Below, one piece after another: positions 1 through 12,626 of a stretch of DNA of 64,000 nucleotides. Origin of the DNA: Eledone cirrhosa. Its lineage: Eukaryota. The translations under genes and the position numbers were made by a program. The notes below the pieces were generated by a model. The model saw only the letters and a program-made list of their open reading frames with translations, made no database searches and was not told the origin of the DNA. The stretch covers positions 18,104,001-18,168,000 of the forward strand of contig OZ024741.1 in NCBI GenBank assembly GCA_964016885.1. Reading direction: 5' to 3'. Each line of letters opens with the position of its first letter. Position 1 is the stretch's first letter.

Positions 1-101
<101 letters not shown>

Positions 102-545
102 CTTCCTCATTTTTTTAATCAGTTCGAGCACTTCTTTCAGAACTGCTGGACTGGTAACCTGACAGATACCTCGGGCACAGAAAGTGATTATCGCTAAATG
201 CTGATGTTGGTTAGATTATCAATATTAGTATTATTGGGGCACACACTGATGAATTATAGGAGCCCACTTGAATATATATCTATTGATGGTATACATGCTC
301 CTACATAAATTGGTATAATTTCACCCAAATTGTAGGAATCCTATAATGAAACGAGACGTCCGTCTGGGAAGAGATATATTAGATATGTCTCATTTGAAAT
401 AATACAGGTAATTTTCCACGCAATACTTTTAGTTAGCACCCCGAACACATAATTGGGAATATAATCACTTATTCCCTAATGTTTGTTGAGTGAGTTGGAA
501 TTTGGCCGGATTATCGCTAAAAAGCTTTCTCCGATATTGTATTTA
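102..545 (+). mobile_element. Non-autonomous HHR-bearing element, family A (PLE pLTR/retrozyme-like), in (TA)n
   Basis: Flanked by (TA)n on both sides. Diverged homologues lie on the minus strand at 9060-9520 and 22185-22385 (shared ttagcacccc, tgtctcat, aaagctttctc). Carries an HHR core. Confidence 0.7.
242..368 (+). ncRNA. Type I hammerhead ribozyme with 95-nt stem II domain
   Basis: CTGATGA at 246-252 and GAAA at 348-351; stem II base attatagga/tcctataat; near-palindromic stem III cgagacgtccg, then TC. Stem I is imperfect (caca/tggg). Confidence 0.65.
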
Positions 546-681
546 TATATATATATATATATATATATAAATGTATATATGTATTATGTGTGTATATATG
601 TGTTTAAATGTGTGATCGTGCATACATATATGTTGGGGGTGGGGCATGTTTATGTGGATTTAGCTTGTAATATGTCAAAAC

Positions 682-682
<1 letters not shown>

Positions 683-750
<68 letters not shown>

Positions 751-772
751 GGTGGTGGTGGTGGTGGTAGTG

Positions 773-826
<54 letters not shown>

Positions 827-894
827 ATAGTAGTAGTAGTAGTGGTGGTGGTGGTGGTAGTAGTAGTAGCAGTAGTAGTAGTAGTAGTAGTAGC

Positions 895-941
<47 letters not shown>

Positions 942-960
942 CAGCAGCAGCAGCAACCAC
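683..960. repeat. (TAG)n/(TGG)n/(CAG)n microsatellite
   Basis: Direct reading; source of the poly-T/V/Y/L ORFs. Confidence 0.97.
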
Positions 961-971
961 GGCAGTAGTAA

Positions 972-1105
972 TAATTGTATCTACTTTTGGCACAAGGCAG
1001 CCATTTGAATGGAAAGGAAAAGTCGATTAAATCTACCACAGTTTGTTACTGGTACTTTCTTTAATTGACCTCGTAAGGATGAAGGTCAACGCTAACTTCG
1101 GCGAG
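972..1105 (-). mobile_element. tRNA-derived SINE, 3' fragment
   Basis: ggcacaagg...ctggtacttt...gtaaggatgaa matches the full copies at 38503 and 45828 in reverse. Confidence 0.8.
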
Positions 1106-4100
1106 AATAATTTTATTGGCCACAAGTGTCCTTACATACATATTATGTAATGTATGTAAGGACTTGTGGCCGCAAGAGTCCTTACATACATATTATGTAA
1201 TGTATGTAAGGACTTGTGGCTGCAAGTGTCCTTACATACATATTATGTAATGTATGTGAGGACGTGTGGTCGCAAGAGTCCTTACATACATATTATGTAA
1301 TGGATGTAAGGACTTGTGGCCGCAAGAGTCCTTACATACATATTATGTAATGTATGTAAGGACTTGTGGCCGCAAGAGTACTTACATACATATTATGTAA
1401 TGTATGTAAAGATTCTTGTGGCCGCAAGAGTCCTTACATACATATTATGTAATGTATGTAAGGACTTGTGACCGCAAGAGTCCTTACATACATATTATGT
1501 AATGTATGTAAGGACTTGTGGCCGCAAGAGTCCTTACATACATATTATGTAATGTATGTAAGGACTTGTGGCCGCAAGAGTCCTTACATAGATATTATGT
1601 AATGTATGTAAGGACTTGTGGCCGCAAGAGTCCTTACATACATATTATGTAATGTATGTAAGGACTTGTGGCCGCAAGTGTCCTTACATACATATTATGT
1701 AATGTATGTAAGGACTTGTGGCCGCAAGTGTCCTTACATACATATTATGTAATGTATGTAAGGACTTGTGGCCGCAAGTGTCCTTACATACATATTAATG
1801 TAATGTATGTATGTAAGGATTTGTGGCCGCAAGAGTCCTTACATACATATTATGTAGTGTATGTAAGGACTTGTGGCCGCAAGAGTCCTTACATACATAT
1901 TATGTAATGTATCTAAGGACTTGTGGCCGTAATAGTCCTTACATACATATTATGTAATGTATGTAAGGACTTGTGGCCGCAAGTGTCCTTACATACATAT
2001 TATGTAATGTATGTAAGGACTTGTGGACGCAAGAGTCCTTACATACATATTATGTAATGTATGTAAGGACTTGTGGCCGCAGGAGTCCTTACATACATAT
2101 TATGTAATGTATGTAAGGACTTGTGGCCGCAAGTGTCCTTATATACATATTATGTAATGTATGTAAGGACTTGTGGCCGCAGGAGTCCTTACATACATAT
2201 TATGTAATGTATGTAAGGACTTGTGGCCGCAAGTGCCCTTACATACATATTATGTAATGCATGTAAGGACTTGTGGCCGCAAGAGTCCTTACACACATAT
2301 TATGTAATGTATGTAATGACTTCTGGCCGCAATAGTCCTTACATACATATTATGTAATGTATTTAAGGACTGGTGGCAGCAAGTGTCCTTACATACATAT
2401 TATGTAATGTATGTAAGGACTTGTGACCGCAAGAGTCCTTACATACATATTATGTAATGTATGTAAGGACTTGTGGCCGCAAGTGTCCTTACATACATAT
2501 TCTGTAATGTATGTAAGGACTTGTGGCCGCAAGTGTCCTTACATACATATTATGTAATGTATGTAAGGACTTGTGGCCGCAAGTGTCCTTACATACATAT
2601 TATGTAATGTATGTAAGGACTTGTGGCCGCAAGAGTCCTTACATACATATTATGTAATTTATGTAAGGACTGGTGACCGCAAGTGTCCTTACATACATAT
2701 TATGTAATGTATGTAAGGACTTGTGGCCGCAAGTGTGCTTACATACATATTATGTAATGTATGTAAGTACTTGTGGCCGCAGGAAGTCCTTACATCCATA
2801 TTATGTAATGTATGTAAGGACTTGTGGCCGCAAGTGTCCTTACATACATATTATGTAATGTATGTAAGGACTTGTGGTCGCAAGAGTCCTTACATACATA
2901 TTATGTAATGTATGTAAAGACTTGTGGCCGCAAGAGTCCTTACATACATATTATGTAATGCATGTAAAGACTTGTGGCCGCAAGTGTCCTTATATACATA
3001 GTATGTAATGTATGTAAGGACTTGTGGCCTCAAGAGTCCTTACATACATATTATGTAATGTATGTAAGGACTTGTGGCCGCAGGAGTCCTTACATACATA
3101 TTATGTAATGTATATAAAGACTTGTGGCCGCAACAGTCCTTACATACATATTATGTAATGTATGTAAGGACTTGTGGCCGCAGGGTCCTTACATACATAT
3201 TATGTAATGTATGTAAGGACTTGTGGCCGCAAGAGTCCTTACATACATATTATGTAATGTATGTAAGGACTTATGGCCGCAAGTGTCCTTACATACATAT
3301 TATGTAATGTATGGAAGGACTTGTGGCCGCAAGAGTCCTTACATACATATTATGTAATGTATGTAAGGACTTGTGGCCGCAAGAGTCCTTACATACATAT
3401 TATGTAATATATGTAAGGACTTGGGGCCGCAAGACTCCTTACATACGTATTAAGTAATGCATGTAAGGACTTGTGGCCGCAAGAGTCCTTACATAAATAT
3501 TATGTAATGTATGTAAGGACTTGTGGCCGCAAGAGTCCTTACATACATATTATGTAATGTATGTAAGGACTTGTGGCCGCAAGAGTCCTTACATACATGT
3601 TATGCAATGTATGTAAGGACTTGTGGCCGCAAGAGTCCTTACATACATATTATGTAATGTATGTAAGGACTTGTGGCCGCAAGAGTCCTTACATACATAT
3701 TATGTAATGTATGTAAGGACTTGTGGCCGCAAGAATCCTTACATACATATTATGTAATGTATGTAAAGACTCTAGTGGCCGCAAGAGTCCTTACATACAT
3801 ATTATGTAATGTATGTAAGGACTTGTGGCCGCAAGAGTCCTTACATACATATTATGTAATGTATGTAAGGACTTGTGACCGCAAGAGTCCTTACACACAT
3901 ATTATGTAATGTATGTAAGAACTTGTGGCCGCAAGTGTCCTTACATACATATTATGTAATGTATGTAAGGACCTGTGGCCGCAAGAGTCCTTACATACAT
4001 ATTATGTAATTTATGTAAGGACTGGTGGCCGCAAGTGTCCTTACATACATATTATGTAATGTATGTAAGGACTTGTGGCCGCAAGAGTCCTTACATACAT

Positions 4101-5999
4101 ATTATGTAATATATGTAAAGACTTGTGGCCGCAAGAGTCCTTACATACATATTATGTAATGTATGTAAGGACTTGTGGCCGCAAGTGTCCTTACATACAT
4201 ATTATGTAATGTATGTAAGGACATGTGGCCGCAAGATTCCTTACATACATATTACGTAATGTATGTAAGGACTTGTGGCCGCAAGTGTCCTTACATACAT
4301 ATTATGTAATGTATGTAAAGACTCTTGTGGCCGCAAGAGTCCTTACATACATATTATGTAATGTATGTAAGGACTTGTGGCCGCAAGTGTCCTTACATAC
4401 ATATTATGTAATGTATGTAAGGACTTGTGGCCGCAAGTGTCCTTACATACATATTATGTAATGTATGTAAGGGCTTGTGGCCACAAGAGTCCTTACATAC
4501 ATATTATGTAATGTATGTAAGGACTTGTGGCCGCAAGAGTCCTTACATACATATTAAGTAATGTATGTAAGGACTTGTGGCCGCAAGAGTCCTTACATAC
4601 ATATTATGTAATGTATGTAAGGACTTGTGGCCGCAAGAGTCCTTACATACATATTATGTAATGTATGTAAGGACTTGTGGCCGCAAGAGTCCTTACATAC
4701 ATATTATGTAATGTATGTAAGGACTTGTGGCCGCAAGAGTCCTTACATACATATTATGTAATGTATGTAAGGACTTGTGGCCGCAAGTGTCCTTACATAC
4801 ATATTATGTAATCTATGTAAGGACTTGTGGCCGCAAGATTCCTTACATACATATTATGTAATGTATGTAAGGACTTGTGGCCGCAAGTGTCCTTACATAC
4901 ATATTATGTAATGTATGTAAAGACTCTTGTGGCCGCAAGAGTCCTTACATACATATTATGTAATGTATGTAAGGACTTGTGGCTGCAAGTGTCCTTACAT
5001 ACATATTATGTAATGTATGTAAGGACTTGTGGCCGCAAGTGTCCTTACATACATATTATGTAATGTATGTAAGGACTTGTGGCCGCAAGAGTCCTTACAT
5101 ACATATTATGTAATGTATGTAAGGACTTGTGGCCGCAAGAGTCCTTACATACATATTAAGTAATGTATGTAAGGACTTGTGGCCGCAAGAGTCCTTACAT
5201 ACATATTATGTAATGTATGTAAGGACTTGTGGCCGCAAGAGTCCTTACATACATATTATGTAATGTATGTAAGGACTTGTGGCCGCAAGAGTCCTTACAT
5301 ACATATTATGTAATGTATGTAAGGACTTGTGGCCGCAAGAGTCCTTACATACATATTATGTAATGTATGTAAGGACTTGTGGCCGCAAGTGTCCTTACAT
5401 ACATATTATGTAATGTATGTAAGGACTTGTGGCCGCAATGTCCTTACATACATATTATGTAATGTATGGAAGTACTTGTGGCCGCAAGAGTCCTTACATA
5501 CATATTATGTAATGTATGGAAGTACTTGTGGCCGCAAGAGTCCTTACATACATATTATGTAATGTATGTAAGGACTTGTGGCCGCAAGAGTCCTTACATA
5601 CATATTATGTAATGTATGTAAGGACTTGTGGCCGCAAGAGTCCTTACATACGTATTATGTAATGCATGTAAGGACTTGTGGCCGCAAGAGTCCTTACATA
5701 CATATTATGTAATGTATGTAAGGACTTGTGGCCGCAAGAGTCCTTACATACATATTATGTAATGTGTGTAAGGACTTGTGGCCGCAAGAGTCCTTACATA
5801 CATGTTATGCAATGTATGTAAGGACTTGTGGCCGCAAGAGTCCTTACATACATGTTATGTAATGTATGTAAGGACTTGTGGCCGCAAGAGTCCTTACATA
5901 CATATTATGTAATGTATGTAAAGACTCTTGTGGCCGCAAGAGTCCTTACATACATATTATGTAATGTATGTAAAGACTCTTGTGGCCAATAAAATTATT
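1106..5999. repeat. ~97 x 50-bp double-palindromic minisatellite bounded by 21-bp perfect inverted repeats
   Basis: Unit cttgtggccgcaagwgtccttacatacatattatgtaatgtatgtaagga; ends aataattttattggccacaag (1106-1126) and cttgtggccaataaaattatt (5979-5999). Confidence 0.95.
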
Positions 6000-6127
6000 A
6001 TTATCGCTGGTGTCAGATATACGGACTGACTAAAGGAAAGACAAACGTAATTGTTTGCAGGCAAGACAGAAAGACAAACGGGTCGATTGACAGACAGATA
6101 GATAGGTATGATATTTATATATTTATA

Positions 6128-6325
6128 TCTATATAAAAGAACTCGTTTGTTTGTCTGTTTGTCTCCAATGCACTTAAAAACCAGTAGACCAATCATTTTT
6201 AAACTTGGCACGTGAGTTTCTTAGACTCAGAAATAGGTTTTCTTCACTGAAATTAACGCATACAAGATTTAACAGCTTTAGCATCACTTTTTCATAGTCA
6301 ACCAATGGAATTTTCACCCTACCCT
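6128..6325 (+). mobile_element. Possible non-autonomous Helitron 5' fragment
   Basis: A^TCTATATAAAAG start, (gttt/gtct)n tract and aaacttggcac motif typical of such elements. No 3' CTAG end seen. Confidence 0.4.
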
Positions 6326-6340
6326 CGTATATATATATAT

Positions 6341-6374
<34 letters not shown>

Positions 6375-6534
6375 CCGCCACAGTTTAACGTCTATTTTTC
6401 CATGCTACTTCTTTTTAGACGCGCTGTCCCGTTGTGAGACAAATCAGGTCCGATGATAATGTCTTGCTCATACAGAACTTATTGTTGGTTGGTTTCTACA
6501 GTTGGATGCCCTTCGTAATGCCAAACACATTTAC

Positions 6535-6570
<36 letters not shown>

Positions 6571-6571
6571 G

Positions 6572-6815
6572 GTAGAACACTGGAAGGTAATATCCGGAGT
6601 GGTAGAGCGCTCAGTCCATGGTACGAATTTGGTAGAAGTAGTAACACAACAGTTAGTTCACCACACCGAGAACAATTGTTTCACCTTATGCGGATCTTCA
6701 GCTGACTTGAATTTAGGCAATCGCTATTATAAAAGACTAGTCCGAGCTGAAGATTCGCATAAGGTGAAACAATTGTTCTCGGTATGGTGATCTAACTGTT
6801 GTGTTACTACTTCTA
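6572..6815. mobile_element. Fold-back HHR element, family B
   Basis: Inverted arms ~6633-6702 and ~6745-6815. Plus-strand HHR ccgag-CTGAAGA-...-GAAA-caattg-TT-ctcgg at 6742-6782, with a truncated mirror copy on minus. Same family at 62435-62565. Confidence 0.8.
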
Positions 6816-7039
6816 TATTATTCTATAGCGATTAGGTCTTCAAAATGTTTATTATAAACATACAGAATATTTTCGAATATTCTATGTCTATATTCACATA
6901 TATATCGCTATTTCAGAGCATTTATTCCAATTTCTAATTTCTGCCGGACCGGCAACCGCTCTTTCAAACCAGTTCCTGTACACAGCTAAGTATTCTATAA
7001 GTCTCTAGCTGTGTCATTCTCGATAAAAGCACTGGATAT

Positions 7040-7082
7040 GTAGTCCTGATGATTTCTAACAAGAATGAAACGCGTAGATTAC
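7040..7082 (+). ncRNA. Type I hammerhead ribozyme (copy 1)
   Basis: gtagtc-CTGATGA-t-ttct-aaca-agaa-t-GAAA-cgcg-TA-gattac; distal stem I attctcgataaaagca/tgcttttgtcgagaat (7016-7104). Confidence 0.9.
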
Positions 7083-7347
7083 TTCCCTTGCTTTTGTCGA
7101 GAATCTAATTGTAATACGTGACGTATTATTCTATAGCGATTAGGTCTTCAAAATGTTTATTATAAACATACAGAATATTTTCGAATATTCTATGTCTATA
7201 TTCACATATATATCGCTATTTCAGAGCATTTATTCCAATTTCTAATTTCTGCCGGACCGGCAACCGCTCTTTCAAACCAGTTCCTGTACACAGCTAAGTA
7301 TTCTATAAGTCTCTAGCTGTGTCATTCTCGATAAAAGCACTGGATAT

Positions 7348-7390
7348 GTAGTCCTGATGATTTCTAACAAGAATGAAACGCGTAGATTAC
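7348..7390 (+). ncRNA. Type I hammerhead ribozyme (copy 2)
   Basis: Same sequence as 7040-7082, shifted by 308. Confidence 0.9.
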
Positions 7391-7530
7391 TTCCCTTGCT
7401 TTTGTCGAGAATCTAATTGTAATACGTGACGTATTATTCTATAGCGATTAGGTCTTCAAAATGTTTATTATAAACATACAGAATATTTTCGAATATTCTA
7501 TGTCTATATTCACATATATATATATATATA

Positions 7531-8350
7531 CTAGCAGAAGTACACGGCGTTGTCGTAAAATTATTTCATACTTAGTCTATTTATTCCTTTTATATTTGTC
7601 TGTGCTTGGGTTTTCCTATCACTGATGAAATACAGTTGTAAATAGTTTTCTTCTTCTGAAAGAGGCCGAAGTTGTCCAATTCTGCGGTCCACCTTCCCTT
7701 GGATCTTGAAATTGGGTATAATGCCACCTTCATGGATGACATTTGCATCAAATGATGTCATTTGGAATGCATTATTGTACTTCTGGATATTTTGAAGAAA
7801 GTGTCTTGATTCAGTAGTTGTACCAATCAAGGGTTATGCTGATTCAGGTAATAATCTAGACTTAACCCTATCCAAACAACACAATCCTGTTGACTCACAT
7901 TTCCATTGTTTAACATCACAATTTGGACACATTTTCTTCATTGAAGGAATTTGAATTAAAGCTTCTGAAGCATGTTGATGGGGATTGTAACTTAAAGCAG
8001 CAACATTCCACGCGGCAACCTTTATAAATCGTAAATCTTCTGTCCTTGCTCTCTGTTCAGATAGTCTTTGAGTTGTTTGTGCTTCACTTTCTTCATACCA
8101 CTTCTGAGCTGCTCTCCCTCTGTTTGCCGTCTTAATGATTTTCGTACATCTGATAATTCTTGACGAACAGTTGCTTCCATTCTCCTGTCTTCAGCAAGCC
8201 TTTTTTTATTTTTGTTCCTCTGATTCATCGTGTCTATTCGGTGCACTTATTCTTTGTTGTTGAAGCATTGAATTTGCAGACAACATGGTGTTACTTAACT
8301 GGACAGAAGGTGATTTCCGACTTGCACTTGACAGGTTTCATGCCGAGTGC
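7531..8350 (-). mobile_element. Internally deleted Helitron with Rep/helicase N-terminal coding relic
   Basis: HFLQNIQKYNNAFQMTSF...FKIQG...YLQLYF (7561-7830) and an upstream CPNC...W..E..GLCC motif match Helitron N-terminal motifs. 3' CTAG at 7531 with a degenerate hairpin. Confidence 0.8.
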
Positions 8351-8359
8351 TGCATGGCT

Positions 8360-8810
8360 GTGCACCCTACAGGTGATTGGAGTTCCAATGAATCAGGCAG
8401 AGAAGTATCTTGGAGACTTGTTCACGAGTGATGGAAGGCAGGAGGCTGAATTAAGTGTAAGAATTGCAGGAGTTGGTGTAGTAATGTACCAGCTTCAACA
8501 TTCGGTAATCAGAAGAGGGGAGGCAGGTGTAAAAGCCAAACTTGCTGTCTTCAATTCAGTATTCGTGCCAACCCTTACCTATGGTGATGTATCTTGGGTA
8601 ATGACTGAAAGAACATAGTCACGAATACAAGCGGCCGAAATGGGGTTTCTCCGAAGGTTCTTTGGAGTAACGTTACTCAATAGATTTCGTAGCTCGGAGA
8701 TCAGAGAGTCACTCTAGGTAGAGTCGCTACTTCTCTGAACTGAGAGATCACAGCTCCGATACTATGGGTATGTGGTTAGAATTTTTTCTGGAAAGAATCG
8801 TTGGAAAAGT
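8360..8810 (+). pseudogene. RTE-clade LINE RT C-terminal fragment
   Basis: KYLGDLFTSDG...PTLTYG..SWVMTE.*SRIQAAEMGFLRR...SQLRYYG, interrupted by stops. Confidence 0.85.
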
Positions 8811-9059
8811 GTTTATATATATATATATATATATATAAGAAAATGAGTTTCAAAGAAAAGACGAGATGTCCCACACGGGTAAAAGTATAAGGAAAAGAAA
8901 CTGAAAATACAACTGGAGTCGCAGATGCGAGACAAACCACAACAGAAACACAAACCCTCCATCTCAATTTTACTTTTGAAAATCATAAGAACTGTGAAGC
9001 CAGTAAAGTAAATAAATATATATTCTTAAAAGACTCCAGTTGCATATATATAAGAATAT

Positions 9060-9520
9060 ATTTAATACATTAACAGAGAAAGCTTTAAGCAATACTCCGA
9101 CCGACTTCCATCTCACTCAACAAACACTAGGATATCCCTCAGTATAATCCCCATTATACGTTTGGGGTGCTAACTATACGTATTTTGAGGATAGCCAGTT
9201 GTATTATTTTATATGAGACATAATTAAATACATCTCTCTTTCCAAACGATCCTTTCATTGTAAGTTTTCTACAAGTTTGGAAAATAATGTCCAGGTTATG
9301 AAGAAGCCTACACATAGTCTATAGGAATATATGCAGGTGGGCACTTATAAATCATCAGTGGATGCCCAACAATATCGATATAAAAAAAACCCTACCGATA
9401 TTAACATTCAGCGATGGTACCCGTCAGTGTTAGAGTGAACGCCAAATTTGAAATTCCAGCAGTCTCACAAAGAGAAATCTCACACCGTCACCAAGCGGGA
9501 AGGGGAGGTCATCGCAAATA
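9060..9520 (-). mobile_element. Family A element; HHR with 95-nt stem II at 9241-9362
   Basis: Minus strand tcca-CTGATGA-(95 nt)-GAAA-ggatcg-TT-tgga; homologous to 102-545. Confidence 0.75.
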
Positions 9521-9779
9521 TATATATTTACTAGCAGCTGAGCCCGGTTGCACCCGGGGCCACTTGTTATTAAGTTAATAATTTGAAAAATATTATTGAA
9601 AGTTTATTATAAAGAAGCAGTTTCAGGGAAAAAAAAATAGAAATATGCACTTGGGGCTGAACGGCGTAGAATGAGAAATGGAGCGACGTGAAAAGCGTTG
9701 TTTATTAACAGCGAAATAGCAATGTCGATGATATGCAATTTGAAAAATACTACTTACTGTTAGTGGTGGTTAACATGTA

Positions 9780-9858
9780 TCCTTATCTATAAAATGCAGA
9801 TTGTTGCTGTTGTTGTTGTTGTTGTTGTTGTTGTGTGTGTGTGTGCGTGTGTGTGTGT

Positions 9859-9924
<66 letters not shown>

Positions 9925-10816
9925 ATGTTCCTTGTTTATACATTTGCACAATTTCAAATCGATTCGACTCAAAGTCTGTGAGAATGTTGTAAATGGTCTA
10001 ACTTAGGTCAACGACTATTTATTTCATTCAAACTCACCAACAATTACGGAAATAATGGATAAAACTAAATACATGACGCTTTACCCCTCTAATAGAATCT
10101 GATTACCTCTCTCTACTCCCCTTAAAATTCGATAAAACTACATACATGCTGCAACTTTCTCTGATATACGATTAAACTTAAAAACTTTAAGAGAGAGAGG
10201 GAGAGGTAGAGAGAGAGAGGTAAGTTTGTTTTTGAGTGTGGAACGGTCAAACATTTATTTACTTCAATGACAAAGAGAACTTATTACATTTCATACGAAA
10301 CAACAATTATTCAAAAGCAACAGCTAAATTTATTCAACAACAAAAAAAATAGCGATAAATCTTTTTTAAAACATCTATCAACGAACGTGGAAGAAAGAAG
10401 TATCAGTTCATTTACTATACACAATAATATCCTCTATGAGGTCACTAAACCTGCTAGAAACAGCAGCTAACTCTCCCCCATATCACACCCCTTCCTACTG
10501 TCATAAATTTAGAAAACACACATTAGACAACCATGCAGAACAACTCCATCGCAGCTCTGTTCTTTGGCTGGCATCGTCTTCGCGCGTTTTGCGCAAGTAC
10601 TGTGAAACAATAAACTTCAACACTTCTTTGCACAGAGATAATATCCATAGGCGAAACTACAATTGTCACTGCTGACGCAGCTCCTGCTTCGGCAGTCCAG
10701 GTCTGCAATTTATTCACCCAGTGCCTGACAGACAAAAAAGTGCTACCATAAAATGGGTGGTGCAACCTAACTTTGGTAACTTACTGACCCCGAGCAACGC
10801 CGGGCTTTAATGCTAG
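9780..10816 (+). mobile_element. Nested non-autonomous Helitron
   Basis: A^TC start and cccgagcaacgccggg hairpin + CTAG^T end, no TSD. The empty site aacatgta|ttagaa is seen in the paralogous segment at ~13169-13182. Confidence 0.85.
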
Positions 10817-10865
10817 TTAGAATTAAAATAAAAACACGCGTCTCTTCTTCGCAATTTAAGGGTTT

Positions 10866-11598
10866 GGCGATACTTGGTTTTAGTGTCCTAAATGATCATC
10901 ATCGACAATCAATTATTAGCTCCACCCACTACACGATACGTCACGACACGTCATCAACTACTGCTGCGGCTTGATTTTTACATGTTCATTTTCTTACTTG
11001 CTTCATTTTTACACGAAAAAACATTGAATTTTTAGAATAAATATTTATTAAAATATTAACAGAGAAAATTAGATTTTTTATTTATTTTTTTGAACAAAAT
11101 AAATATTTATTTACAGTTTTTCACAGAAAAACTATGCTTCATTTTTACATGAATATTTATTTACAGTTTTTAACAGAAAAAAAAATGCTGCGAAATACAT
11201 TTTTTTTTTAACACACGATACGTCACAGAAAATGTTTCGAAAAAAATTTAAACTGTATATCGCAACAATATATTGTTTAAAGAAATTTGTTTTCTGTTGT
11301 TTAAAACTGTAAATCTGTTTTAAAAAAATGTATTTAACCGAAACACTATGCCTCATTTTTACATGAATATTTATTTACAGTTTTTAACAGAAAAAAAATT
11401 GCTGCGAAATAGATTTTTTTTAAAACAGATTTACAGTTTTTAACAACATAAAAAAAATTTCTTTAAACAATATATTGTTGCGATATACAGTTTAAAATGT
11501 TTTCGAAACATTTACCTTCGTGACGTATCATGTAGTGGGTGGAGCTAATAATTGAATGTCGATGATGATAATTTAGGACACTAAAACCAAGTATCGCC
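10866..11598. mobile_element. MITE with ~80-bp TIRs (GGCGATAC...) and 8-bp TSD; Merlin-like
   Basis: TSD aagggttt at 10858-10865 and 11599-11606; a single aagggttt at the paralogous empty site (~13244). Superfamily inferred only from GG termini plus an 8-bp TSD. Confidence 0.75.
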
Positions 11599-12103
11599 AA
11601 GGGTTTTATTTCTTTTGATGGAAAACAGTGACCGTACTGCAGAATCAATTTCATAAAACGGTACTGTATGATGGTTAAATGTAGAAGGATGATAGTTTAT
11701 TAACAGCAAAATAGCAATGTCGATGATATGCAAGTTTAAAAATGCATATTATGAAGGTTTGTATGATAGTTTACACTTTTTCTTGAAACTGCTTCTTTAT
11801 CATAAACTTTCAATAATATTTTTCAATTTATTGGTACTGTATGTTAACAGCGAAAGAACGTTGATGAAATTGTAAATAAGACAAAAGTATTAGAACAGGG
11901 GGAAATAACTCACCGAACGCGATAGTTTTGGGGCCCCAGGGACCACATTTTTGAAGTTAGAGATTTGAAACCTCGTCTATTTGCTTCCTTGGCACTTTTT
12001 ACATAGGTATTTAAATTTTCATGTCAGTCCTACTACGTCTACTACCATTTAACCGTGCACATTTGAATTTCAACCACCGCCCATTTCACAAATATATATT
12101 AGA

Positions 12104-12592
12104 CTAGCAGAGGTACCCGGCGTTGCTCGGATATTAAATAGCAGTTGTGTATACCATTTATGTCAATACTTCAGTGCTGCTTCGAAAACTATACTTTTAC
12201 AAAATCATCGGCTTTTTCCAAAAGTGGGTTCCTGCCCCCAGGGCTCCCCTACCCAATATGTGCCAATTCTGAGAGTTCAAATTCATCTGTAGGACAAACG
12301 TAGCCCATGTGTCAAGTTTTGTGAAAATCGGTTGCGAACTCCAGAAGTTATGACGTTTTGTTGCATTGCACTGCAGTGCTTCAGTCGACTCCAAGGAAGT
12401 GGTTAAAGTGGTTAAAGGGGTTATCTGCCGGGGCGTGGTTGGGGGGGGGGGGGTTATAATCAATATCTGGAAAAATGACAGTGCCCATGACCATCCGGAG
12501 TACAAAAGTAACCTATGTCTTAAGTTTGGTGAAAATACTGTAGAAATGCATAAGGTTTATACATACGCGCGTGCGTTCGTGTGTGTGTGTTT

Positions 12593-12626
<34 letters not shown>

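Larger units (their letters stand above)
6816..7520 (+). mobile_element. 308-bp tandem repeat (2.3 copies) with one HHR per unit; retrozyme-like
   Basis: Unit starts at 6816, 7124 and 7432; copies appear identical; ends in (TA)n. Confidence 0.9.
9531..12103 (-). mobile_element. Non-autonomous Helitron 1
   Basis: 5' TC at 12103-12102; 3' hairpin cccgggtgcaaccggg then CTAG ending at 9531, followed by T. Confidence 0.75.

Noticed and set aside
1106-5999. CRISPR-like array of palindromic repeats
   Set aside because: No unique spacers, no cas genes, eukaryotic context; units are contiguous.
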